From assembly GCA_976551045.1 (NCBI GenBank), contig CDPCPM010000213.1:11408001-11472000 (forward strand): a stretch of DNA of 64,000 nt. Direction: 5' to 3'. Both the position numbers and the translations under genes were made by a program. The stretch is from Glaucostegus cemiculus. Taxonomy: Eukaryota. The notes beneath the pieces are model-generated. The model had not been told where the DNA came from, did no database searches, and saw nothing but the letters and a program-made list of their open reading frames with translations. Shown piece by piece: positions 12,190-24,756 of the stretch; within the stretch, counting starts at the first letter, position 1, and every line of letters begins with the position of its first letter.

Positions 12190-13150
12190 GTTAAGGAATA
12201 TAAAAAGGAATGATGTGTTTTGGGAAGTCAAGTTGGGGTAGAACATGTAGTAAATGGTAGGGTACTAACAAATGTTGAAGAATGCGTGGACCTAGGGGCT
12301 CAAATATTAGATAGAATGGTGACGAAGGCTTATGGCATGTTTGTCTTTGTAGGTTGCAGCATAGAATAATAAAAACAGGGATATTATGTTGCAACTTTAC
12401 AAAACATTGGTTAGACTGTATTTGGAGTAGTTTGTGAACTTCTGATTGCCACATTAGAGGAAGGATGTGGTTGTGCTGCAGAAAGTGCCAAGGAGATTCA
12501 CCAAGAGGTAGCCTGGATTGTAAAACTTTAGTTACGGGGAGAGATTTGATGGGCTGCACTTGTTTTCCCAGGAGCGAAGAGGGCTTTAGAGCTGACCTGA
12601 TGGAGGTACATAAAACTGTAAGAAGCATAGTTAGTTAGAATCTTTTTTTCATTATAGGGGTATCAAAAAAAGAGGGCACAAGTTGAAATTGAGAGGAAGA
12701 TTTAAAGGGGATTTGAGGGGAAAGTGTTTTATGCAGAGCGTGTTTGTTTTGTATCTTGTTGCATGTCATGAGAAGGGCTTAATAGGTAGTCCTCTGGGGA
12801 AGATAGATCATAACACAATAGAATTATACATTCAGTTTGACTGGGAGGAACTTGGATCTAAAATTACTAAGGTAGATTTGGATGATAGGGATAATAGATG
12901 AAAATAATGAAATAGATGAAAAGGTAAGATAATGACTAAGCATGGGAGACATTTTGGGAAATAATTCCCAGAAAGGTGTATCCAGTTGAGGAAAAGGATG
13001 TTCCATCTGTGGCTAACAAAAGTAGTTAACAGTGACATCAAAGAGAAAGGCATATGGTGTTGCACAAGAACAGTTATAAACCAGAAGCTTGGAAAAATTC
13101 TAGAAGCAAGCGAAAATTAACTAAAACAAATAATAGAGGGACAAAACAGA
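12190..13150 (+). mobile_element. CR1 LINE fragments (3' part of ORF2, followed by an endonuclease/tether fragment)
   Basis: aaaacattggttagactgtatttggagtag...tgcagaaagtgccaaggagattcacca...ggagcgaagagggctttagagctgacctgatggaggtacataaa, then DHNTIE-like coding remnants. Confidence 0.75.
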
Positions 13151-13799
13151 TGTCCGAGAAACCAGCAAGAGATATAGTGCTTTCTAGATCGCTGTGACTG
13201 GGCACTGTGGGCCGAAATATGGAAGGTGTTGGAGGTCAAATGTGGGTGTTTGTGGTGCCTCACTCTGCCCCTGGACTCACCATTGGGTCTAGAGGTGTTC
13301 TATCATGCACTAAGCAGAGGGGTCAGATGCACATCACCTCTGGCTCCTCAGCTTTCTATCAACTATGGCTGCTGCATGTTGTCTGACATTTAAATGGGGT
13401 CAGTGACAGTCACTAAAAAAAATAGGTGAAGGTAAATGGTTTGCTTTTGCTCTATTATTAATATTTTCAGATAGTTTGTATCTTGCTGATTTTAAGAGAA
13501 TTTATTATTTGTCATTTTATTTTTTTTGACTACTTTTCAACTGTTTCTAAATGTCACTAATATTAGATTTAGAAACGGTGGAAAAGGCACTTGACAGTAT
13601 GAGTTGTCAGGCAGTCAACTGGGCAGCTTGTGAGCAGAGATTTTAATTTCCACTGTCTGAAGACAAGTCACTGCCCATGTGCCACACCACTTAAAGGACA
13701 GACCATGACAGCAATCTCTGGAGGATATTAGGAGCCATACAAATGCAAAACAAAAGTACGACCCAGATACCAGTGTGGGGGTTTGTACAGCAGGTGCCA

Positions 13800-14585
13800 A
13801 CTGGGTCCAGTGTGATGCGGTGTGTTAGGAAAAGATGATGGCAGAGGCCTTGAACAAACATTTATTTAATGCTGAAAGCATTCTATTAATTTTAGAAAAT
13901 CAAGAGGAAAAAGCAAAAGGGGAGAATTTAAAACAATCAGAGGAAGAAGTACTAGATAAATTAATGGAACTAAAAACTGACAAATTCTCTGCACCTGATG
14001 ACCTGTCTTGAAATGAGTAGTTGCAGAGGTAGAGGGCATATTGATAGTAATCTTACGAAATTTCCTAGATTCTGGAAATATCCCAGTGGACTAGAAAATT
14101 GTAAATCTAGCACCCTATGAAAGGAGAGAGAAAGCATGAATCAATAAACATCTGTCATTTGGAGAATGCAGGAATCCAGTGTTATGGAGGTGGTAATGGG
14201 ATGCTTGGAAAATTGTAATACAATTAAGTGGAATCAACACTATTTTATGAAAGTGAAATAGTAATTTACACATTGGAGTTCTTTAGTTTTGACAGGGTGG
14301 ATGAAGTAGATCTAGCAATGGTAGTGTAATTAAGATTTCTGAAAAGCATTTCCCTTGGGAAATCCAGAACAAGAGGATATTATTTCAGGATAAAGGGACT
14401 CGTGTCTAAGAGATGAAGATCTCTGAGATTGAGGATGATGAATACACATATTCTGTATCCATGAGACCTGTGGAGACTGAATGTATTCAAAGCTGACTGG
14501 ATTTAAGGAGAATCAAGTGTTATGAAGAACAGACATAAAAATGAAGTTGAGGCCAAGATCAGATCAGCCATGATCTTACTGACTG
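13800..14585 (+). mobile_element. Decayed CR1 ORF2 fragments and 3' tail
   Basis: Degenerate LKTDKSPGPD-like and DSG.IPVDWKI-like segments, and the tail gttgaggccaagatcagatcagccatgatctt. Confidence 0.65.
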
Positions 14586-14589
14586 ATTG

Positions 14590-14935
14590 TAATCATATAA
14601 CAAGGAAACAAGTCCTTTGGCCCACCACATCAATGCCAACCATCAGACATTCATCAGTGATGATCCCATTCTCCCTCGCATCCCCAACAACTACTTCCCC
14701 CCTCCCCCCCACACCTCCCACCTAGCCCTCCTGCCACTCACTAAACTGGAGGCAATTTGTCGACAGTAGCCAATTAATCTACCAACCAGAACATCGTAGT
14801 GTGTAGGAGTAAACTGGAGCACCTTGGTGAAACCTACATGGTCACAGAGAGAATGTACAGCCTCCACACAGCACCCAAAGTCAGGATTGAACCCAGGTAA
14901 CTGGAGTTGTGAGACAGCAATGCTAACTGCTGTGT
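14590..14935 (-). mobile_element. V-SINE in reverse orientation with an adjacent CR1-type tail
   Basis: The reverse complement holds the V-domain (aaactggagcaccttggtgaaacctacatggtcacagagagaatgtac) and a B-box (gattgaacccagg). Confidence 0.75.
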
Positions 14936-16139
14936 GTGTCATTATTCCACCTTATGGAGCAGATTCAAGAAGCCCTGGAATGATCTCTACTATAGATTTA
15001 CTAATGGGTCCTGAAGTGACATGGGAATTCTGGCTTTGATCCTCAGACCTGCCTGACAGAAAGTCCAGACATTTCTCTGCTGTCTCTTCCTGGGGCCCTG
15101 CCATCCACCTGTCCTGGCTTCCTGCAGCCAGCCTGTTCTTCTCAGGTCTTTGTTCCTTCTCCTGATCCCTTCAACCTACTCCACTGGCTTTGCATTTTAA
15201 TGTTCTGTAATTTCAATTGCTAACATTAAACATGGCTCATCATTACAAAAGAAACCAAACAAGGATGTGTACCTTAAGTCCATTATATTACAGGAAAAAT
15301 GCATATATAGGACATTAATCAATTGAGGGATACTTGTAAGTGGAAAGCCCGGTGACCTTAATACTGATCACTATATGCACCACTATGTGATTCCATTTGC
15401 AATCCTGCTGTTCATTACAGTGCCTGTCCCTTAACTATTGTCTCTTAGCTGTTTTCAAGTCCATGATGCTACAACCAATTTAATCCCATTGTTTAAGTAA
15501 TATTTTTGATTGGAAATTAACCCAATTGATTGAGTCAAATTGGATTACAAAATGTGCTTTTCTCTGGAAAGAAAGAAGCTGAAATCATTATTCTCCTGTA
15601 ATGTTTTGAAATTCAGGCTCAATATGAGGTGCTGTATGTGAAAAGATTTGATGGGAAATTATAGATTTGTTTCATAATTCTGCCTTAATGTATAATCTCT
15701 TTCCGGTGTGCTCTTGTATTCTTTGCTCTTCTGTTCTTTGCATAAGAAGTTAGTAGAGTATGAGATTAATAGAAAAATACCTTTTTAAACAAAAGTCTGT
15801 CTTATATATACTTTAATTTTACCATTAGGTGGTGCTGCATATTCTCTTAATCAAATGACTGTTAAGTTTTCTTTTCAAAAATGAGTTGTCATAATAGCTT
15901 TATATGATTCTTTTTTTCTGTGCAAACTAATAAGTTTGAGAGGTGTTAATACCTTAAGTAACTGCTTGATTAATGGAAATCATATGCATCAGTAGATATA
16001 TTCTAATATTTATTAAAGGAAAAGAAATTAACTGGGTGAAAGCCAATTGCTTGTTTTATGATTGTTTATACCGATTGTTACATTTTACCCGAGATCCAAA
16101 AACAGGACTATGCTGGTAAGCCCACTGTTACTGCTTGGT

Positions 16140-17475
16140 CTTGCCCCACTGAAATAATTATTGCCTCATACCTTGGCACTATCCTCTCTCCCCTTTTCTT
16201 CTCCCTTCCCACTTCACATGCCCTCCACCATTTTGACAACTCCTCATTCCCTGACCCCCACCACTTCATCTTCACTATGGATGTACAATCTACATATCTC
16301 CATTCCCCCATCAGGAAGGTCGCAAAGAACCTTTGCTTCTTTCTGCATTGTTCCAACCAATTCCCCTCCACATGCTTCTACCCTGAACAAATCCATTTTT
16401 TATTCCTCTCACTTTTAATCAAAGGAGTATCCCCAAGCGCTCACATGGGCCCCAGCTATGCATGTCTTTTTGTTGGCTATGTAGGACAGTCCTCGTTCCA
16501 GACCTTCGCTGGTACCAACTCTTTCTCCATTACATTGATGACCGCATTGGTGCTGTTTCCTGTACTCCTGTGGAGCTCATCAGTTTTACCACCTTCTCTA
16601 CTAACTTCCACCTCCCTTTCAAATTCATATGGGCCATTTCTGACACTTGTCCCTCTTTTCTGGATCTCTGTCTCCATCTCAGGAGACAAACTGACATTTA
16701 TTATAAACCCACTGATTCCCACAATTACCATGACTACACCTCTTCCCACCCTGTGTCTTATAAGGATGCCATCCCTTTCTCCCATTTTCTGCCACCGACA
16801 CATCTGCTGTCATTTGCATTTGCGTTCCAAGAGTTCTGAAATGTTACCGTGTTTCAGGAAACGTGCTACCCTTCTACTGTGGTTGATGCAGCCCTCTCTT
16901 ACACTTCCTCCATTTCCCGGATTTATGTTCTCACCCCACCTCCCTCCAAACAGAACAGAATTAGAGTTCCCTTAGTCCTTGCATTTCACCCTACCAGCCT
17001 CCGCATTCAACACATCATTCTTCGTCATTTCTGGCAGCTGTAACGGAATCCCACCACTCGTCACATCTTCCCATTCATTTCGCAGGGTTCACTGCCTCCA
17101 TGACTCCCTGGTTTCTCATCCCTCCCCACTCATCCTGCTCTGTCACTTTCCCCTGCAACAGTAGGAGGTGTAACGCTTGATAGGTGCAACATCCCCACCC
17201 AGCTCCATATGTTCCTCCTTTTTATCCCCGTTATCTGTTGCTTCCACATATCACCCACCTCCCTCTGTCTCCAACTCCACCACTCTTCTTCCATTAGCTA
17301 TCTCCATCTTCCCATCATTCCACCTATCAGTTACTGGCCCATCACACCCCTCCCCTGCCCCTGCTCCTCATACCAGCTACCTTCCCTCTCTACTCTTGTC
17401 TAATGCAGGGTACTGTTATCTCCTCCATTAGTCTGTTTTTTGCTCCAGATTATAGCATCCGCAGTCTCTTGCATC
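16140..17475 (+). mobile_element. Penelope-like element: frameshifted RT fragment plus terminal-repeat remnant
   Basis: PLE RT motifs across frames: FIFTMDVQS, MGPSYACLFVGYV, FLHYIDD, SFLDL, DIYYKPTDSHNY.DYTSSHP...AIPFS, RVPLVL.FHP. The GIY-YIG region appears deleted. Confidence 0.85.
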
Positions 17476-18279
17476 TTATATCCTAGTTACTTCAGAGCAG
17501 ATTTTGGGAAACCTTAAATGAACAAATTACTGGTGTTTGCAAAAGAGGCAAAATATTGGTTTTCTGACCCCAGAAATCATTTCAAGCTTTATTATACATT
17601 CTGAAAGATGAGCTTGGTGTAAGTAACATCTTGCATATAGCGCTGTGGGTAACTACAGTTGTGCAGTAAATAATGGGGATTTCCACTTCAGATGCCACAC
17701 TGAGTGAGTTAATGGGCCTGAAATTGCTGCAGCGAGGTGTTTTGTGCCAAATGACATTATTAAATTTTTATTCTCACCATTGACATTGCACTATATTTGT
17801 GCTGCAAATTGCTGTAACTATGATCCCATGGATGTTAATGCTACATATGGGATCTGGTGAACGTTGGTCAAATGGCTCATCTCCTTGTCACAAAATGTAT
17901 AGAAAAAGAATTGTGTGAACGACAGAGAAGGAAACAAGATGAAATATTGTTAAATGTAGGATTAGAATGAAACAAAGAAAGAAACTAAATTAAATGAGAA
18001 TAAACTGAAGTAGTAAAGAATTGTTGAACTTTAAAGAAAGTAATCAGAAGAGGAGGATATTGTAACTTTTTTGGGTTTGAGAATAGTGATTTGGTGATCA
18101 GTCATTTAGAAGTTAATGGGCAAATAGCAGGATGGATTTATGAATTATACAAAATGGTTTTTGACCCAAGCAGAATGGAAGAAATTTATTGTGATTTAGA
18201 ACATTGAAACTAGTGGGCAGGCTGCTTTCAGGGGAATGCATCCACTGCAATGTGAAAGAAGTGCTATGTAATAAAATCT

Positions 18280-19175
18280 GAATAAGTAGGAAATATTCAG
18301 CATGTCAGCCAACAACTATAGGAAAAGAAACAGAGTTAATGTTTCAGATCAATGACCTTTCAGTATCTGGTAATTTTTCTTTGAAGTTCTGATGTTTTTT
18401 TTAAAACCAATTCCCTTTGTTCTCTTTTATTCATATCTAAGAATTTTATAAGAGATTACCTTCAGATTCTACTTTCTGTTTCATTAGCCTGCTTGCTTTT
18501 GGATTTTAAATAATTTAAGAAAGTAAGTTCTCTTAAAATTTGTTGAATATCCTTTTAAAGTGTTTTTAGTTATTTTCCGGTTTTTGTTCCTTTTTTTTCA
18601 GAATTAGTTCCACCCTCATTTCCTTATAATTTGAGGTTTTCTAACCTATACCTTTTGTCTTACTTATGTTATGTGAACTATAACTAATTTACTAATACCA
18701 CTACTGTTCTTCTGCTCTTATTGTCCTAATGATTCTGGTACAATACCCCTTCTGAGAACCAGCATTGTTTTGTTTCTTGCCTTGAATGTACTGTGAAAAT
18801 GGAATTTGGAGGCAAAAAACTACAGATACTGGAATCTGAAATAAAAGCAAAATGCTGGAAATACTTGTGAAAATGGAGTCTTCTATTCAACAGAAAATGC
18901 TGTTAATAGCAGGTCAGGCATTATCTGTGGAGAGGTAGAAAGCTAACATTCAGATCAATGACCTTTCATGTTGTGATCTCTATATTCTACTGGGAAAGAC
19001 TCAAAAGATGCAACCACTTAAGTTCTGCAGGTTTGAATGGAGTGAAAGAGTTGCAGTGGCATTGGACTCTGGCATTGCTTAACCAGCTGTGAATTTCCAG
19101 CATCTGAAGTCTTTTGCTTTTTCTGTATTTAAACATTTCCAGTACTTTGTTAGATTTCCAGCATATGCAGCGTTT
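18280..19175. mobile_element. Cluster of short Penelope-terminus-like repeats in both orientations
   Basis: actacagatactggaatctgaaataaaagcaaaatgctggaaatac...agcaggtcaggcattatctgtggagag...tcagatcaatgacctttca (related copy at 18290-18362); inverted remnants gatttccagcatatgcag near 19090-19170. Confidence 0.55.
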
Positions 19176-22100
19176 ATTTTGGGAGCACTGAAAACATTGA
19201 TTAACAGGTCTATTTCCTTTCCTCCTTTTGTTTCTTCTGTCTGCCAGCTTACTTAGATGTGGTTGAAAGCTCCCATTATCATTTTCTGTCTGCTGCTCAT
19301 GGTGTAGATTTGCTTATGTATTCTTCCAGTTCCCTTACACTATTTGGTCCACATTATAACCCTATTAAGGTAATGACTTAATTTTAATATAATCCATATG
19401 AATTCTGTCAGTCTTTCTTGTAACTACATATTTTTCCTACTGCCATTGTTGTCTTTAGCAAGTCCATATCCTATTTCTGTCTAATACTTTATGTGCGCAA
19501 ACATAAGGTAAGAGGTCAGATCTATACTGATGGGAATGATGGCAGAGAGAATGCTGTGGATCTATGAGCAGTGATTCCCTACTACTGTATGTAAATGGAA
19601 CTGTGGACTTTCTGACTTGGAAGTTGAACCTTTAATGATTAGGTCAGTTAAGAACCTGTCAGTGGATTTTAGACCACAGTAATTATTTACTTGGAGCTTG
19701 TTTTAAAGTTGGAGAACAGCTCCGAATACCAATGTACTTTTGAAAGTCTTGACTCTTGGGGTCAGGCATGGGTACTTTATGAATTGTAAATGAAGTAAAA
19801 GTAAGTGTTGAAAAAATGCCATTGTTGCTATGTGACCTAGTTATGATCGAAAGATTTATGTGAATCTGTTATCTTTGGCCAGTAACACAGTCTTCTGAAA
19901 TCAGCTTGTGAATTGTTAAGACAACAGCTTGAACATAGTGTTACACTATTTGCATTCACTGTGCAATTTTGTACTGTGCTATCTGGAGCTACATTAAGGC
20001 TGCCAAGGAACCTTATCAGTAGGATTTATCAGTGGGTGCCAATTCAGCATTAATGCACAATGAACACTTGAATTAATTAGTTATTCATTAAAATAGTCAT
20101 TAAGATTTTATTTGTAACCTCAGTCTGTGGCAATAGTTACAGCTGCCCTGCAACTAATGTGCTAAGAATATGCTTCCACTGAGATGTACATTAAAACACA
20201 ACATATTAATTTTAAAATGACAGCTCCCACAGTAGTTTGGTTCATTAAGTCTAAAGCTATATGCAGCTCATATGATTCATAGTCATGGCTTTATCTCTAT
20301 AAGTTGCAGAAAAGCATTCCCTTCAAGTTTTCAAAAAAGTTCAAGAAATTAAGGTACAATATAAATTGAGCATAAAGGCTCCTGCAAATATTTGTGGTGA
20401 CTGCTATATCTCTCACTGCTGGCGTAACCAATTTATGATGCTTCATTTATAGTTGGACTTGCACGCCAACGGATTTTTCCAGGCATTTTGTATGGAAGAA
20501 TATTTGGTAAATTGTGGAACAGTACAGTATAGTACAAGCAATATAGCAGTTTTATGTGAGGGGAACATAGGAAGAATATAAATTTTGGCTTACCTATCAA
20601 AACCTCCTTGACTATTTTCTTCCCCTTTCTCCTGATATTTTCACTCCTTGAATCTGACCTGCCTTGGTGTCTGCAATATTGATCTCACTTTTGCTCTCAG
20701 CAATATTTGCCACTCCCTTGATATCTGTGCCAATTTGTAGAATTATGTCAAAGTTATTTTTGTAGCAGTAGTGATATCCTGAGCATTGACTCTGTAATGA
20801 GTGCATGTCTTCAGTTACTTCCTACATCTAGATGTCCCATTGATAGAACATTGACCACCTGTCCACAAGGTTTAGGGACATTGACTCCATATTTTTCATG
20901 CACTTCATGGGGAGTTGTTGATAAGAAAATTTCCATTAGTCAAAACTGGCAATTACATTTTCCTTTTTGTTGATCAAACTTATGTTTTGAAATGTCTTTT
21001 TTTAATGTTTTAATGAGTCAGGGTACTGATCTGTATCAAATTTCATTCTTTTTAATGTCAGAGTTTCACTACCATTCAGTCAGTGAGCACTGTGTATCAG
21101 AAAATAGGAAAAAAAATCTTCTCACCTCGTGGCTTAGGGTTAAATTTTGTTTGATAATGTGTTTAGGGAAAGTGCCATAAGACATATGGTAATGCTACTT
21201 TATAAATATAGTTTGTTCCTGTTACTGGTCAAGAAGCAACCAATCCAGGCAGTTGATTGTTTAATCTATATTATTGAGAGAAAGTTGGAAAATGTCCTGT
21301 TTGGAGTTGGGGCACAAGAAATAAAACTTAATACAGATAAATTAAATTTTGTAGTTTGCTTTATAAAAATAAAATATTAGTTCTCAGTTTGAACGTGCAG
21401 AAAATTGCACAGAATTGATGGGAAGCTTTAAATCGTCAAGATAGATTAAAAATTCCCATAACTATTCAATGAACTATACCTGCCAATTTGTGTTGTCCTT
21501 ACTCATTTAACCAATATGATGGTTTGTGCTGCACATTGTGATTTGGGAAGCTGTGTGATGCCATCTGGAGCTTAGTAAACAAGGCGAGCAACCAGGCAAA
21601 TTGAAGAATTTTGAAGTTAATAACACAATGAGCGAGGAAATGCAATTTAGAATTGTGAATTTGGTGTCGAGTCATTTTTAGAGACAAAGTTTGGACTGAA
21701 TGAGAGAGAGAGAGAAAAGAGAGCTAAAAAGATTTTTCAAATAATTTGGTAAGGAAACAGTGCAATGCCTTTAATATAAAACTGTAGATATCAATAGTTC
21801 TAACATTAGAAACAGTAACTTAGTTTCTGCAAACATCAATATTTGCCAAACATTAACGTAGGTAATTCCACATATATAACAAGTGCCATTAGCCATGCCA
21901 TTATTTTGACAGGAATTTCTGGGCCATCATTTTTGTCCATCAGTTTAGAGAGAGTTTGATTGCTTTGCCTTGCCATAGTAGAACTACTGTGCAATTTATT
22001 GCATAAATCATATCTTCACATGGGATTTTATGACAAGAGGTGAGGTTTATTTATTGGGGTTAGTCAGTTTTCGTCACTTGCTCTGAAAGTTGAAGATTAT

Positions 22101-22976
22101 GACATTTATAGCAGTCAATGTTAAATACTGCATGCAGATCTTTTTAATTAAATTTGGAAAAACTAACTAGTTGTGTGGGAAAAGAGCTCTTTGGTGATGT
22201 GCTGGCAGATATGTTACCCACGCTTCAGTAAGCAAGTTCGAACAATTGTTTGAGTGACTGTACTACATTGTTGTTTTGTTTGACCACTATTTTGACAGAT
22301 TCTCTTACTGTTTTATGTCTTTAAATTAAGTTGTTGAATGTAAAATTGAGCACAATTCTGGTTAGGATTTAAAAAAAATCAAATTGTTAATTTTTGATTC
22401 TGTCAAAGGCTGCAGTTTGCCTTATTTTTGAAATTCCTGAATACCAAAAGCCACAAGTGTAAGAGAACAATTTTCCCTTGTCTAATTACTTCTGTATTCA
22501 GTCTTTTTTTAAAAAAAACTTTCTTTTCTTTCTTTAACACTGTTATTTCCAGACAAGGGTCAGTCTTTGCTACTTTGCTGGAGGCAGTAAGTAGTAAATC
22601 AGAGTTTTATCAGCCATTTCTGGTCCAGAGGTTTTGGTTCATTCCCCTGTGAGGTGTGTTTATGAGATGCCTCGTCTGTTACTTGCACTGGGATATATTT
22701 TGCGAGCTACTGTCTGCAGATTAGCATTTTTTCCCCTTTACACTGCTAGCAGAAATGTGGTCAAATTTAGTTCATTTTTATAAATTTATGAGAAAAATAG
22801 ATGAATTTCTGCATGTGGATTCTCTTTTGGATTTTCTTCACTGAAGATGTGTGCAGTGATGGGAGCATTTGCTTTGTTGCAAAGGATTTACTGTATATTC
22901 TCAGTTTGCTGGGCAGTCGCGCTGCTGCTGATCTGACTGTTGAAACCGTTGTATGTATGTGTTGTGTGCACAATAG

Positions 22977-23114
<138 letters not shown>

Positions 23115-24384
23115 TAGCTTTATTGTGAACATTTGAAATTCTGACTAAAGTTTTCAATAGGAAATAAGACATCCTGCTATTTCCAGGGATTTTTGCTGGT
23201 CTTTAACTAGCTCGGCTTTGCATTTTGAATTAGCTATAATAGATTTCAGACTGAATGTGGATAGGTTTGTATTTTGTGGTTAAAGTATACTCTTGTGAAA
23301 ATCCTCTCAGCTTGCAGTTACTTCTTTATCAAAGGTGCAAGCGAACATATTTCTGAATTTAATATCATTAAACCTTGTTTTAACTTAGTGAAATAAACTT
23401 TGCTACATATCAATGGCTTAATGTGTTTGTATGTTGTTGTATAATACATCATACAAATGTAGTTAAAAATCAACTGATAATGTTTCTAATTCATATGTTT
23501 TTTTAATTTTTATTCTCCCAATTTTGTCTTGCACTGTCAGATTCAAGTTTTTTTGTTGATCTAATGTCCAGCAACAGGGTGATGAAACGTAAGGGAGAAG
23601 TTTACAAAATGAGTGCTGTCTCTTTCATACAACAATTATCACCAGGGTTGTTAACTTAATTTTGTACACCAGATCGGTAGTAAAATTTGGATTGAACTTG
23701 AGATTTTATCATATTGCATTGATGTAAATTGGATTGGGAATTTTTGCTTAGGATACAGTTTGCATTATTCCTGCAGTTATTAATCCATAACCACTATATT
23801 AATTTTAATTAATTTGAATTTGGAGTTTATGCAGAAAATGAAAAATTATTTAAAAATACAAAGAATACAAAATTGTTTATTTCTGTATTGCCCTTGTTTT
23901 GAGGAAATTGCTGAGCATAAATATTTTTGGTCATCAATAAATCTTTTGAAAGTAATGTATTGGAGAAGAAAATTTAAATCCTATCTCAGCTAGTTCAGGG
24001 AGAAGTTGTTTCTTTGATTTGCCATTGACAGAAATTAAAATTTTCTAGGCAATCTGGAGTGATCAAATGGTATTAATGTAATTTAATCCATTCTAAATAC
24101 TTCACTGTTCTGGCTCAAAAAGAAATAAAGCAACTTAAATTCACAGCCACCACAGTATTTAAGTATGTCTTAATATTGCCCTTCAGAAAGATAAATGTTA
24201 TGAAATCAAAATTAGACATATTACCTTCTATGATGAAAACAAATTGCCATTTTTCGTATAAAGTATTTATGAAATGATTGCTAGCTTGAGCAGTGAAGTT
24301 TTTCTTTTGAAAGAGAAGAAAGAATTATATGGAAAAGTTTTCTCTTAATCTATGAATATTGCTTTCCAGTTCATAGAACTAACT

Positions 24385-24545
24385 TGGACAGCATCATAGC
24401 ACAGCTGTTTGTGCTGTTACCAGCAGCCCAGGTTCAATCCTGACTTTGTACATTCTCCCTGTGATCTCACATATCCCAAAGACACGCTGGCTACTGTAAG
24501 TGCCCCCTAGTGTTGATGGTGGCAGAAAAATGCAGGGATTTGATG
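24385..24545 (+). mobile_element. Decayed, internally deleted V-SINE
   Basis: cagcagcccaggttcaatcctgac...tttgtacattctccctgtga...cacatatcccaaagac parallels the 4417 copy. Confidence 0.65.
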
Positions 24546-24583
24546 AACATAGTAAAAGTAGGCTACAGGGAAATAAGTGGAGG

Positions 24584-24756
24584 CACAGAGACTGTAGCTG
24601 CTGGATCTGGAACAACACAAGGTGCTGGAGGAACTCAGCAGGTCAGGCAGCATCTATGGAGGGAAATGGACAGTCGACATATCAGTTTGAGACCCTTCAT
24701 CTGAAGGTCTAAACCCGACCTGTTGATGTCCTGCAGTGCCCTTTGTGTTGCTCCAG
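24584..24756. mobile_element. Palindromic (fold-back) Penelope-terminus-derived short element
   Basis: ctggaacaacacaaggtgctggagg is an imperfect reverse complement of cctgcagtgccctttgtgttgctccag; central near-palindrome gacccttca-tc-tgaaggtc. Confidence 0.65.

Noticed and set aside
16058-16975. 305-aa ORF as a host gene or intact reverse transcriptase
   Set aside because: The Penelope RT motifs are split across frames with deletions, so it is a dead element.
19450-19513. Possible 49-nt exon ending at AAG|gtaaga (19508)
   Set aside because: Weak acceptor in or beside what looks like decayed antisense LINE sequence, with no other support.
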